Positions 9,239-17,135 of a DNA stretch of 27,620 bases are shown here, one piece after another. A program made the position numbers and the translations under genes. Below the pieces are notes generated by a model. It saw only the letters and a list, made by a program, of their open reading frames with translations, was not told the DNA's origin and did not search any database. Position 1 is the first letter of the stretch; each line of letters opens with the position of its first letter. The stretch is from a virus (taxonomy: Duplodnaviria; Heunggongvirae; Uroviricota; Caudoviricetes), in IMG/VR virus record IMGVR_UViG_3300008107_000010. One strand, written 5' to 3'.

Positions 9239-9478
9239 TTACTCTTGTTCTTTAGTAGTATCTGTGTTTTCAGTTTTGGCGATAAACAAAGTTTCCAGGG
9301 TCGCAATTAGGTCATTTGCTTCGCTAACTTTACGTACTAAAGCATCCATCTCATCGATGATTTGATGGTGTTCTCCGATCCCAACAGAGTTTTGGTAATA
9401 TACCTCAAGAGTTGCCAACGCTTCTTTTCGTTGAGCCTCGTATCGAGCTTTTAATGCTTCTACTTTTAATGATGCCAT
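9239..9478 (-). CDS. Small hypothetical protein with a GIGEH motif (start revised to MASLKVE)
   Basis: Helical protein; the VGIGEH motif recalls small conserved proteins of T4-like phages; ATG at 9478 removes the overlap with uvsE. Confidence 0.75.
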   Translation of the reverse strand: MASLKVEALKARYEAQRKEALATLEVYYQNSVGIGEHHQIIDEMDALVRKVSEANDLIATLETLFIAKTENTDTTKEQE

Positions 9479-9497
9479 TTTCTTCGTTTGTTTAAAA

Positions 9498-10433
9498 TTA
9501 TATTGATTCAACTAAAATTGTTTCAAATTTATTCACATAATTTATTAGTGCTAGTTCTTTTGCTTTGGCTTCAATATCAACATCAATGTTAAGGCCATAA
9601 GATTCTATCTTTTCATAGATATAATCAGCGTGCGCTCTATTTACAACAGTAGCATCCTCATATAATTTCTTACATGAACTATAATGTGTGAGTTGACGTA
9701 TACCATGAATATCCCACGTTGTTGCAGCTAATTTAAGAGCATCTTCAACCAACATAGGATCTTCATAACACCAATGGTGGTGATAATCAAAAACTATTGG
9801 AATTCCAGTGTGAACCGAGACACCATGAACCAGATCACTAATACTATATTGATTCTTTTTATCATCGTTTTCTAGTGTCAGCCTTGTCTTTACAGATAAA
9901 TCTAAGGTGTCAAATGCTTTAATGAATCTTTGTATTGCATCTTCTTTACCACCTGCAGTTGTGTTAATATGAATATTGATAGCAGCATGTGGAGTTCTAG
10001 GAAGACCAATGAGATCCATGATTTCACCATGTTGATTTAGTTCTTTGATTGAACGAACAACAACATTTGGGTTTTCACTAGCAATAACGCAAAAATGCCC
10101 CGGATGGAATGTTAGCCGCTGACCAGCATCCATTGCAATTTTACCAGCTCCTTTCAAAAGATTAGAAATCTTTACATAGTCTGGTAAATCTTTTAGTTCA
10201 TACTCTGACATCCAAGGAAACATATCAGATGACATGCGATAAAGTTTGATTCCATTTTGATTATTCCATTTGATAATCTCAATAAGATCTCGAACGTTTT
10301 TGATTGCAAGCTCACTAGCATATTCAATTCCTTTTTGCTCAAAAGTCTTTTTAATCATACCACGGCCGATCGTGATACCCTTTTCTTGCTGAAGGGTCAT
10401 GTTTATACAGCAATAGCCAAAATTTACACTCAT
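9498..10433 (-). CDS. uvsE: UV damage endonuclease (UvsE/UvdE)
   Basis: FGYCCIN, LYRMSSDMFP, RLTFHPGHF, LENDD, PIVFDYHHH, HADY and EAKAKELA motifs. Confidence 0.95.
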   Translation of the reverse strand: MSVNFGYCCINMTLQQEKGITIGRGMIKKTFEQKGIEYASELAIKNVRDLIEIIKWNNQNGIKLYRMSSDMFPWMSEYELKDLPDYVKISNLLKGAGKIAMDAGQRLTFHPGHFCVIASENPNVVVRSIKELNQHGEIMDLIGLPRTPHAAINIHINTTAGGKEDAIQRFIKAFDTLDLSVKTRLTLENDDKKNQYSISDLVHGVSVHTGIPIVFDYHHHWCYEDPMLVEDALKLAATTWDIHGIRQLTHYSSCKKLYEDATVVNRAHADYIYEKIESYGLNIDVDIEAKAKELALINYVNKFETILVESI

Positions 10434-10585
10434 ATTTTATCTTTAGGTTCTGGAGAAATAATATTGTTTCTCCACCATTTTTTAAACGTAGATTTATCAG
10501 ATAATTTTTCTACGTAGTTTTCACCGACCATAATTACAATAAAAGAAAGTAAACTAATGGCCATTAAAGTTAACGCTATTTCCAT
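10430..10585 (-). CDS. 51-aa membrane protein absent from the ORF track
   Basis: MEIALTLMAISLLSFIVIMVGENYVEKLSDKSTFKKWWRNNIISPEPKDKI*; fills the gap, and its TGA overlaps the uvsE ATG (ATGA). Confidence 0.75.
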   Translation of the reverse strand: MEIALTLMAISLLSFIVIMVGENYVEKLSDKSTFKKWWRNNIISPEPKDKI

Positions 10586-10595
10586 ATTTAATTTT

Positions 10596-10823
10596 TTAAC
10601 TTATACCAACCTCTCTTTTAATTGTTTCAAGTTGTCTCTCAATATCACATGCTTCTTCAAGTGTTAGAATATCTTCATCTAAAAAAAGTAATCCACCTTG
10701 AGTTTCAACCCAAACTTTATTGTCCATAATTAAATGATCTGCGACCAAATGAATACTCGAATCTTCTAACCAGACGACGTGACTTGCTTTATTAATTCGA
10801 TTGATTCGTTGTTGGGTTGACAT
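10596..10823 (-). CDS. Hypothetical protein (start probably MSTQQRI)
   Basis: ATG at 10823 overlaps the upstream TAA (TAATG). Confidence 0.7.
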   Translation of the reverse strand: MSTQQRINRINKASHVVWLEDSSIHLVADHLIMDNKVWVETQGGLLFLDEDILTLEEACDIERQLETIKREVGIS

Positions 10824-11248
10824 TAGTCCCATTGTTTTTCATATTTGTACCAATGATCAGCACTTGCACATTCTCGTAAGGCATCTATAATTAGATAATC
10901 CATTGTCTTTCCATCAATCTTTTCAAAGAATTCAATAATATCATTCTTTGCATGTTCAATCTCTTCGGCGGTTGGGGTTTGAGCAACATGCTCTAAACCA
11001 TTAAATCCAGCTGAACATACTGCTGAAATAGCTCGACTCGCAACTCTTTCATTGTCATTAAATCTTGAACCGAAATAATAATCAGAACGAGGATCGAGTT
11101 TGTTAATCATATCCCAAATCTCTTCATTCGTATGTCGAAGACGAAATACTGAAACCGCGGTTTCAATAATAGATTTATAATTATGAACTGCCGGATAGTT
11201 TGGGTTAAAAGAAATTCCGTTTGCTTTTACGTTTTTAATGTCAATCAT
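10823..11248 (-). CDS. Hypothetical early protein (start revised to MIDIKNV)
   Basis: The longer track start lies inside the repeated promoter; ATG at 11248 follows it. Confidence 0.75.
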   Translation of the reverse strand: MIDIKNVKANGISFNPNYPAVHNYKSIIETAVSVFRLRHTNEEIWDMINKLDPRSDYYFGSRFNDNERVASRAISAVCSAGFNGLEHVAQTPTAEEIEHAKNDIIEFFEKIDGKTMDYLIIDALRECASADHWYKYEKQWD

Positions 11249-11264
11249 TTTTAATTTGTTTTGT

Positions 11265-11303
11265 TGATATGTAAATATAATCAATTTCTACGAAACGGTA
11301 AAA
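11265..11303 (-). promoter_or_regulatory. Repeated early-type promoter, copy 1
   Basis: TTTTACCGT-N10-TTGATTATATTTACATATCA; five copies in the window. Confidence 0.8.
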
Positions 11304-11840
11304 TTATTTTTGAAGTTTTTTCAATAAAGCATCATGAAATTCACCATAGTATGACTTACCACCAATATTCCAGGTATCTAATTCATTAATAGTGTAATTC
11401 CTATCATAAGTTTTCCAATCGTATAAGGTGAAAGTGTTTCCTTTAAAATTAAAGACCCATTCAACCTGTACTTTGTCATCACCTGATGCTTCATTATATG
11501 TTGGTTCTCCAAATGCTTCTACCAATTGAGAATAATAAAATCCTCGTAAATATCCTTGAAGAGAAGTACCACATGCATCTGCCGAATCTTTGTCCATTTT
11601 TTGCAAGACTTTACAGATAATCATCTCTTCTTCCCAAGGCTCTGATTCAAAATAGAGACCATATTCTTCTAGCAATGTTTCATATTTGCGCCAATTATTT
11701 GCTAATTCTAGTGCAACTTCTGTGAACTCTCCAGAGTCGGAAGGATCGATATTAATAAATCCATGATAGCTTTCATGATTTTCATCAAATTGAAAATCAT
11801 TAGCAATAGTTTCAATGTAATTTTTAACTGTATTTTTCAT
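11304..11840 (-). CDS. Hypothetical phage protein
   Basis: 178 aa; C-terminal part has TSLQGY..LVEAFGEP..DKVQVEW..TLYDWK..WNIGG. Confidence 0.8.
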   Translation of the reverse strand: MKNTVKNYIETIANDFQFDENHESYHGFINIDPSDSGEFTEVALELANNWRKYETLLEEYGLYFESEPWEEEMIICKVLQKMDKDSADACGTSLQGYLRGFYYSQLVEAFGEPTYNEASGDDKVQVEWVFNFKGNTFTLYDWKTYDRNYTINELDTWNIGGKSYYGEFHDALLKKLQK

Positions 11841-11841
11841 A

Positions 11842-12036
11842 TTAATATTGTTTACGTGTTTGTTCCCAAATGTTATTTGCCCAAGTGTTAAAATCTACTT
11901 TTTCTGATTCAACAGTTCTCATGATTCTGGGTTGACCAGGAGTTGGATAATTTACAGGTTCTCCGGCAGTTTTATTACGTCTGCGTTCCATGATTCGGTT
12001 GTTTACTTTTTCAATAATAATGTGTAGATATTTCAT
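11842..12036 (-). CDS. Hypothetical protein
   Basis: 64-aa ORF, packed in the operon. Confidence 0.65.
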   Translation of the reverse strand: MKYLHIIIEKVNNRIMERRRNKTAGEPVNYPTPGQPRIMRTVESEKVDFNTWANNIWEQTRKQY

Positions 12037-12055
12037 AGATTAGGGATTTATGATT

Positions 12056-12397
12056 TTAAATATAGTAAGACTCTTCTTGGTTATGTTTTGCAACCTGTTC
12101 AGCATCAAACTTTTCGTTTCTCCAGCAGAACGTATTAAGATTTAAGTTATGCTTACGTTCATTTTGAGTACCAGGGTATGCTGTGATCTGTACCAATTTA
12201 TCAGTAATTTTTGTAATTCTACCAGTATAAATCAAATTGTACGAGTCATATTCGGCAGTATCTCCAATATTAAAGCTATTGGTTTGAACTCCGTTCACGA
12301 AAATCTTAATTGATTTGTTACGCTCTAAATCTACTGAGTATTTAGTTGCTACAGATGGATAATGTTTTCTTGCTTTGGTTTGAACTTGAATTAACAT
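12056..12397 (-). CDS. Hypothetical early protein
   Basis: 113-aa ORF directly downstream of early promoter copy 2. Confidence 0.75.
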   Translation of the reverse strand: MLIQVQTKARKHYPSVATKYSVDLERNKSIKIFVNGVQTNSFNIGDTAEYDSYNLIYTGRITKITDKLVQITAYPGTQNERKHNLNLNTFCWRNEKFDAEQVAKHNQEESYYI

Positions 12398-12418
12398 ATT
12401 GTTTGTTTTAATTATTAA

Positions 12419-12457
12419 TGATATGTAAATATAAACAATTTTCTCTAAACGGTAAAA
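12419..12457 (-). promoter_or_regulatory. Repeated early-type promoter, copy 2
   Basis: TTTTACCGT-N10-TTGTTTATATTTACATATCA. Confidence 0.8.
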
Positions 12458-12470
12458 CTTTTTTCACTTT

Positions 12471-12503
12471 TTTTCAAAAAAGTTATTAACAAAGTTATTA
12501 ACA
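12471..12503. repeat. 22-bp repeat ttttcaaaaaagttattaacaa with tandem gttattaaca
   Basis: 12471-12492 is identical to 12839-12860; gttattaaca at 12482 and 12494. Confidence 0.85.
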
Positions 12504-12767
12504 TTCTTCAAATTGCAACTGAGGATAGCGGCTGCAAATATCATAAACTCTACAAACTCGACTTGCTAATTCAGTTGGTAGAATTTCTAAAGCCAAAACT
12601 TGAAGGTCAGTATATAAATAACCATCAAATAGACCATACAACTTATTTTCAAGTTCAAATGAACGATCAAAATCTTCAGCAAATCTAACTTCTCCGATAA
12701 GAGTTAAAATTTCAGATAAAGTTTCTTCGTTCATGTTTTCGTGTCTGTTAAATCTAGAATGAGTCAT
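12498..12767 (-). CDS. Hypothetical early protein
   Basis: 89-aa ORF between two promoter cassettes. Confidence 0.75.
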   Translation of the reverse strand: MTHSRFNRHENMNEETLSEILTLIGEVRFAEDFDRSFELENKLYGLFDGYLYTDLQVLALEILPTELASRVCRVYDICSRYPQLQFEEC

Positions 12768-12785
12768 AATGTGTTTGTTTTAATT

Positions 12786-12824
12786 TGATATGTAAATATA
12801 AACAAAAAACCCGACATAAAAAAA
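12786..12824 (-). promoter_or_regulatory. Repeated early-type promoter, copy 3 (upstream box divergent)
   Basis: TTGTTTATATTTACATATCA core is identical; the CCGT box is replaced by terminator sequence. Confidence 0.75.
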
Positions 12825-12832
12825 TGTCGGGT
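12803..12832 (-). terminator. Intrinsic terminator overlapping an early promoter
   Basis: ACCCGACAT/ATGTCGGGT 9-bp stem plus T-run. Confidence 0.8.
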
Positions 12833-12838
12833 GAAATA

Positions 12839-12860
12839 TTTTCAAAAAAGTTATTAACAA
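12839..12860. repeat. Second copy of the 22-bp repeat
   Basis: Exact match to 12471-12492. Confidence 0.85.
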
Positions 12861-13205
12861 TTATTTCCAGAATAACTGGACGCAGAGAAGTAAGATGGCT
12901 AAGCCTAATGAAACTAGAGTCTTGGTATTCATACCTTCTCCCATTATTAAATAAGTCAACGATGAAAATGCAATCATGCCAGTCGCAAATCCAATAAATC
13001 TACCTGGCCAAAGTGTACCATTGTAATAGGTAAATAATTCTCTAGTGGCCATTATAAAGGTGTATGATATAATAACACCGCCAAAAAGAGAAACCCAGAA
13101 TGGATTCTTTTTAATCCATGGCCAGACAAATTGACCATTTGTTTGAAACCAAACCAAAGATTGGCCAAATAGAAATAATAGAATTCCAAATATTAAATGC
13201 CTCAA
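12861..13205 (-). CDS. Small four-helix membrane protein (SMR/DMT-like size and topology)
   Basis: 114 aa with four hydrophobic segments; ATGA overlap with the RNase HII gene. Confidence 0.7.
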   Translation of the reverse strand: MRHLIFGILLFLFGQSLVWFQTNGQFVWPWIKKNPFWVSLFGGVIISYTFIMATRELFTYYNGTLWPGRFIGFATGMIAFSSLTYLIMGEGMNTKTLVSLGLAILLLCVQLFWK

Positions 13206-13831
13206 AATAAAGATTCAGTTTTTGTAATCAAATGAGAAATAAAACTAGGTCTATGTTCAATTGACGGGCCAGTTTCCTGTATTGCTGTAATATGTTGTTT
13301 AGTCCCATATCCTTTATTAGAAGCCCAGCCATAGATCTTATTACTATCATGCTCATTTAGAGATTTCATATAATTATCTCTAGCAACTTTAGCAAGAATA
13401 GAGGCAGCAGCAATTGAGGTGTACTTGTTATCTCCACCAACAACTGTTGTATATGTTTTATCCTTATATCCATGGAATTGGTCTCCATCGATTAGAATAA
13501 AATCAAAATCAACTTCTTCCTGTACATTTGAAAGTGCTTGGTTCATACCATGCAGAGTTGCTTTAAGAATATTCATTCTCTCAATATCTTCTACGCTGAT
13601 GTTAACAACACTCCATGCGATTGCATGTTGGAGAACTATTTCATGTGCTTGTTTCTTTTGAGATTCTGATAATAGCTTAGAATCTTTAACAAGAGGATGT
13701 TGAAAATCCTTTGGCATAATACATGCTGCTACAGTAACTGGACCAGCTAAAGCTCCTCTTCCAGCTTCGTCAACACCAACTTCAATAACTTCAGAATCGT
13801 TATTGTATTGTGATTTTAATAAAATTTGCAT
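13202..13831 (-). CDS. rnhB: Ribonuclease HII
   Basis: GVDEAGRGALAGPV, DSKLL, ILIDG, SIAAASILAKVARD and KGYGT motifs. Confidence 0.95.
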   Translation of the reverse strand: MQILLKSQYNNDSEVIEVGVDEAGRGALAGPVTVAACIMPKDFQHPLVKDSKLLSESQKKQAHEIVLQHAIAWSVVNISVEDIERMNILKATLHGMNQALSNVQEEVDFDFILIDGDQFHGYKDKTYTTVVGGDNKYTSIAAASILAKVARDNYMKSLNEHDSNKIYGWASNKGYGTKQHITAIQETGPSIEHRPSFISHLITKTESLF

Positions 13832-14245
13832 TTATATAGATTTTTTAAGATTTTCATAAATTTCGTTAATCATGGTACTTTCATTTGCAAAGATTTCTTT
13901 TTCCATGTTTCTGCGAATGTTTTCGATATGATTTCGTACATAATTAACCATTTTGTTGGCTTCGCTTGAAGTAAGACTCTTGGTTATAAAAAACTTGTGA
14001 TTAGTTATTCTAACACCATCATCTCCTAAAATAATATAATAATCAAGATCTTTATTCTGTAAGTAATACGTTCCGCTTACAGGGGCTATTAAGAATTTCG
14101 TGCCTTTGTTTTTACACATTGCCCTGACGATTGCATAGATCTTTGAAATTTCAGAATTCATCTTAGAACTTCCGTTTGATAAATTAGAATCTAAAACCCT
14201 AGTAATCTTTAATTTAGTAATCTTATAAAACCTTTTAAAGCCCAT
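13832..14245 (-). CDS. Hypothetical protein
   Basis: 137-aa ORF abutting rnhB; its start codon lies within a hairpin. Confidence 0.75.
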   Translation of the reverse strand: MGFKRFYKITKLKITRVLDSNLSNGSSKMNSEISKIYAIVRAMCKNKGTKFLIAPVSGTYYLQNKDLDYYIILGDDGVRITNHKFFITKSLTSSEANKMVNYVRNHIENIRRNMEKEIFANESTMINEIYENLKKSI

Positions 14246-14286
14246 ACAAATATTAGTTAGTTTAACTTAATACTTATATGGGCTTT
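14237..14286 (-). promoter_or_regulatory. Long RNA hairpin sequestering the AUG at 14245
   Basis: AAAGCCCATA..TATGGGCTTT outer stem continues inward; the two mismatches are G-U pairs on the minus-strand RNA only. Confidence 0.7.
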
Positions 14287-14299
14287 TTATTAAAAGTTT
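14274..14299 (-). promoter_or_regulatory. Putative middle promoter AAAC-N17-TATAA
   Basis: Recurrent motif with fixed spacing; upstream of the rnhB operon. Confidence 0.6.
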
Positions 14300-14310
14300 A
14301 TTAGTAAATT

Positions 14311-15000
14311 CTATTTGTTATTGTCGTACTTCCATTTCTCATATCGGCGTACAATCTCTTGTAAGATTTCAGCACGTACAATATCTTCATCACCAAAGGT
14401 ATGGACACCAACCCCTTTCACGTCTTTCATCAGGTCGATAAACGCCGGTAGCGATACCTTACTCTTTTCAATATCGTATTGGCTAACATCACCCGCAATA
14501 ACAACTTTACTATCATTACCCATTCTTGTAATAAATAACATTAGCTGTTTGTAGTCGGCATTTTGAGCTTCGTCAAGAATCATAATTGCATCATCAAATG
14601 TATCTCCTCTCATATAAGCTAGAGGTTGAAATTCAATAACACCTCTGCCCATAATATTGTGAGCTTCTGTAAAACCAACAATTTTTTCAATATTTGAGGT
14701 AAATGATTTGATATATGGAGCTATCTTTTCATCAATTGTTCCAGGTAAGAAACCTAACTTTTCACCAGCTTCTTGTATTGGTTTTGTTAAGATGATTTTC
14801 TTGATTTTCTTTTCTTTGTAGAGTTTTAATGCGGCATACATTGCCGAAAAAGTTTTAGAAGTTCCTGCCGGACCGTGACAGAATGTAATTTGATTTTTAA
14901 GAATTGTTTCAACATATTTAGCTTGTGTATCTTTTAGATAGACTTTGCTAAGTGCCGATTCTGTTGTTTGTGCTGATGCTCGATCTTTTCTTGTAGCCAT
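14311..15000 (-). CDS. phoH: PhoH-family ATPase (start revised to MATRKD)
   Basis: GPAGTSKT, GEKLGFLPG, LAYMRGDTF, ILDEAQN, GDVSQYD and DIVR motifs. Confidence 0.95.
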   Translation of the reverse strand: MATRKDRASAQTTESALSKVYLKDTQAKYVETILKNQITFCHGPAGTSKTFSAMYAALKLYKEKKIKKIILTKPIQEAGEKLGFLPGTIDEKIAPYIKSFTSNIEKIVGFTEAHNIMGRGVIEFQPLAYMRGDTFDDAIMILDEAQNADYKQLMLFITRMGNDSKVVIAGDVSQYDIEKSKVSLPAFIDLMKDVKGVGVHTFGDEDIVRAEILQEIVRRYEKWKYDNNK

Positions 15001-15014
15001 ATTTGTTTTTGTAT

Positions 15015-15272
15015 TTAGTCTCCAGCCATTTTGACTAGTGATTTTAACTTTAATAGAGTATCGCACTTCTCGTACTCTTCCTTCTTTTCGAAGTATTCAA
15101 TTAATAAATCTATAAATTTAGATCGTTGACCTAAGCCATGTGGGATTTCAATAAGATCCTTACCTTCTTGAAACACAACGAAGCGATTTACAGTTTTTGT
15201 AAAGTTGCGGGTCAAAGTGTAGTAACTTGACCTCATAATATCATCCTTTTCTCGATTTGAAATTTGACTCAT
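15015..15272 (-). CDS. Small protein with a C-terminal UVR-like EEYEKC motif (start 15272 or 15290)
   Basis: LIEYFEKKEEYEKCDTLLKLK; the track start 15323 lies upstream of a late-type promoter. Confidence 0.7.
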   Translation of the reverse strand: MSQISNREKDDIMRSSYYTLTRNFTKTVNRFVVFQEGKDLIEIPHGLGQRSKFIDLLIEYFEKKEEYEKCDTLLKLKSLVKMAGD

Positions 15273-15298
15273 GTACTCAGTGATAACCATTCTTATGG

Positions 15299-15306
15299 TA
15301 TATATT
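15299..15306 (-). promoter_or_regulatory. Putative late promoter AATATATA
   Basis: Recurrent motif between rpsU and the UVR-like/phoH genes. Confidence 0.5.
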
Positions 15307-15345
15307 AACCGGAATATCGGCAATACAGTGAGATACTATGGTATT

Positions 15346-15543
15346 TTATGATTCTTTTTCTGAGTCAGTTTTTAACTTTTGAATATAAGTTGCCTTTCTA
15401 ACCTCATCTCTTCTAGTAACAGATGGTTTGACAAATTCTTTACGATCTCGTAATTGATTAATTTGTTTTGTTTTAACAACTTTGGTTTTATACTTTTTTA
15501 AAGCCTGTTCGATATTTCCGTTTTTAACTTCAACTATAATCAT
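15346..15543 (-). CDS. rpsU: Phage-encoded ribosomal protein bS21
   Basis: MIIVEVKNGNIEQALKKYKTK...QLRDRKEFVKPSVTRRDEVRKATYIQK matches the S21 family, Bacteroidota-like type. Confidence 0.92.
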   Translation of the reverse strand: MIIVEVKNGNIEQALKKYKTKVVKTKQINQLRDRKEFVKPSVTRRDEVRKATYIQKLKTDSEKES

Positions 15544-15794
15544 TTTATCTCTTGTATTATTTTTTTAAGTTCATTACATTTTTCATATTCTTCTCTAGCC
15601 TCAAACCAGCTAATAATAAATGTAATTGCCTCTAGTTTTTCTTCTTTGGATGATGTACTATTTAATGCATCTTGTTTTCTATTTATTATAGCTTTATAAA
15701 CAAGATCCATCATCTTCTCTCTAGGTAGATTTCTTACTGAATTAAAAAATCTAAGAGAATCCTCGTCCATTGAAAATTCAGCATCTTCTATCAT
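15540..15794 (-). CDS. Small protein with a C-terminal UVR-like EEYEKC motif
   Basis: IISWFEAREEYEKCNELKKII; ATGA overlaps on both sides. Confidence 0.75.
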   Translation of the reverse strand: MIEDAEFSMDEDSLRFFNSVRNLPREKMMDLVYKAIINRKQDALNSTSSKEEKLEAITFIISWFEAREEYEKCNELKKIIQEIK

Positions 15795-16597
15795 TCTAAT
15801 TCTTTAATTTTTCTTATTATTTCCATTTGTTCATCCGTTATCGATGAAAAATCGCCATGGACCTTAACAAATAAATTACCAAAGGTATTTTCTCGGTATA
15901 TTGGCATTCCCTTTCCAGGAATTCTCAATACTCTACCGCTAGTGGTCTTAGGTGGTATATTTATTTTATATTTTCCAAATGGAGTTTCAATATTGACATC
16001 GATACCTAATATTAAATCATAGAAAGGTAAATAGTGGTCAATCCACATGTCAGACCCTTGAACTACAATTCTTTCGTCCGGATTAATCAATATGTTAATA
16101 ATTAAATCGCCTCTAGGCGCAGCTGTATTATATGGGTTGTAAGATCCTCTGCCATATACCTTTAAAACCATTCCGTTCTGCAAACCTCTAGCAAAATCAA
16201 CTTTGACTTTATCAAAATTTAAATCAAAGTTCTTAGAACAACCGTAATATGCTTCTTCTAATGTGAATGTTGCGTTAATTCTAACATCGGAGCCTGCTGC
16301 GTTTTGTTTATAATTTCGGTCAAAACTGTCACCCCAATTTCCATTCCATTGGCTGAATAAATCATTTAGATTAAAGCTATTAAATCCACTAAATTTTCTA
16401 GTAGAATCATACACGCTTCTTTTGTCAACGTTACCTAACGTCTCGTACGCTTCTTGTACTTTTTGAAATTTATCTTTAGCAGATGAGTCATTTGGATTTC
16501 TATCAGGGTGCAAATCTTTTGCCAATCGCCGATAAGCAGCCTTAATTTCTTCCGGTGTCGCCGTTTCTTGAACCCCTAAGGTTTGATAATAACTCAT
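15791..16597 (-). CDS. DnaJ/CbpA-type co-chaperone without a zinc finger
   Basis: J domain YYQTLGV..IKAAYRRLAKDLHPDRN; C-terminal GDLIINI and LRIPGKGMP..GNLFV; no CxxCxGxG repeats. Confidence 0.93.
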   Translation of the reverse strand: MSYYQTLGVQETATPEEIKAAYRRLAKDLHPDRNPNDSSAKDKFQKVQEAYETLGNVDKRSVYDSTRKFSGFNSFNLNDLFSQWNGNWGDSFDRNYKQNAAGSDVRINATFTLEEAYYGCSKNFDLNFDKVKVDFARGLQNGMVLKVYGRGSYNPYNTAAPRGDLIINILINPDERIVVQGSDMWIDHYLPFYDLILGIDVNIETPFGKYKINIPPKTTSGRVLRIPGKGMPIYRENTFGNLFVKVHGDFSSITDEQMEIIRKIKELE

Positions 16598-16730
16598 TCT
16601 TTTCTGCTTTTAACGCTTCTTTGCGCTGTTCAACGATAGATTTCTTTTGTTCACGCTCCATTGCATCAGCAACTCTTTTTACCTGAGCCGTTAATGCTGT
16701 TAAAGCTGAAATAAGTTCTTTATCTGTCAT
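16542..16730 (-). CDS. Hypothetical coiled-coil protein overlapping the start of the DnaJ gene by 56 nt
   Basis: 62 aa, heptad-like, A-rich leader, fills the gap after a terminator. Confidence 0.65.
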   Translation of the reverse strand: MTDKELISALTALTAQVKRVADAMEREQKKSIVEQRKEALKAEKNELLSNLRGSRNGDTGRN

Positions 16731-16764
16731 AGTTTTAAAATTAATTATACAATATGTATCATAA

Positions 16765-16789
16765 TAAAAAAGGAGGCTTATGCCTCCTT
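16765..16789 (-). terminator. Intrinsic terminator containing the upstream stop codon in its loop
   Basis: AAGGAGGC-ATAA-GCCTCCTT plus T-run. Confidence 0.8.
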
Positions 16790-17077
16790 AAGATCAGTCA
16801 GATATTTTTGTAATATCGTACATTTTTCGTATTCCTCAGTTTCGACGAACCAACTTAACATGAACTCTAAAGTGTCGATTAGTTGAGTATTGTTGAGGTT
16901 GATTAGCTTCATTCTCTCAATGTCAATACCATTTACTTCGATATTTTTAAAGTTTGCTCGAACTAATTGATCGACTACGTCGTGATAAACACCTTTAATT
17001 TCGTTTGATTTCATAATTTGTTCTAGTTCATCATGTTCTTCCGTGAACTCGTTTTCTAAATCTTCGTTGTTAAACAT
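16778..17077 (-). CDS. Small acidic protein with a C-terminal UVR-like EEYEKC motif
   Basis: MLSWFVETEEYEKCTILQKYL; monocistronic between an early promoter and a terminator. Confidence 0.75.
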   Translation of the reverse strand: MFNNEDLENEFTEEHDELEQIMKSNEIKGVYHDVVDQLVRANFKNIEVNGIDIERMKLINLNNTQLIDTLEFMLSWFVETEEYEKCTILQKYLTDLKEA

Positions 17078-17091
17078 ATCTATTTGTTTTA

Positions 17092-17130
17092 TGATATGTA
17101 AATATAAACAAAAAAATTCAAACGGAAAAA
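17092..17130 (-). promoter_or_regulatory. Repeated early-type promoter, copy 4
   Basis: TTTTTCCGT-N10-TTGTTTATATTTACATATCA. Confidence 0.8.
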
Positions 17131-17135
17131 CTTTT

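Noticed and set aside
15307-15345. Possible structured RNA downstream of rpsU
   Set aside because: Only short, weak stems (e.g. GCCG/CGGT) and no U-tract; not supportable by eye.
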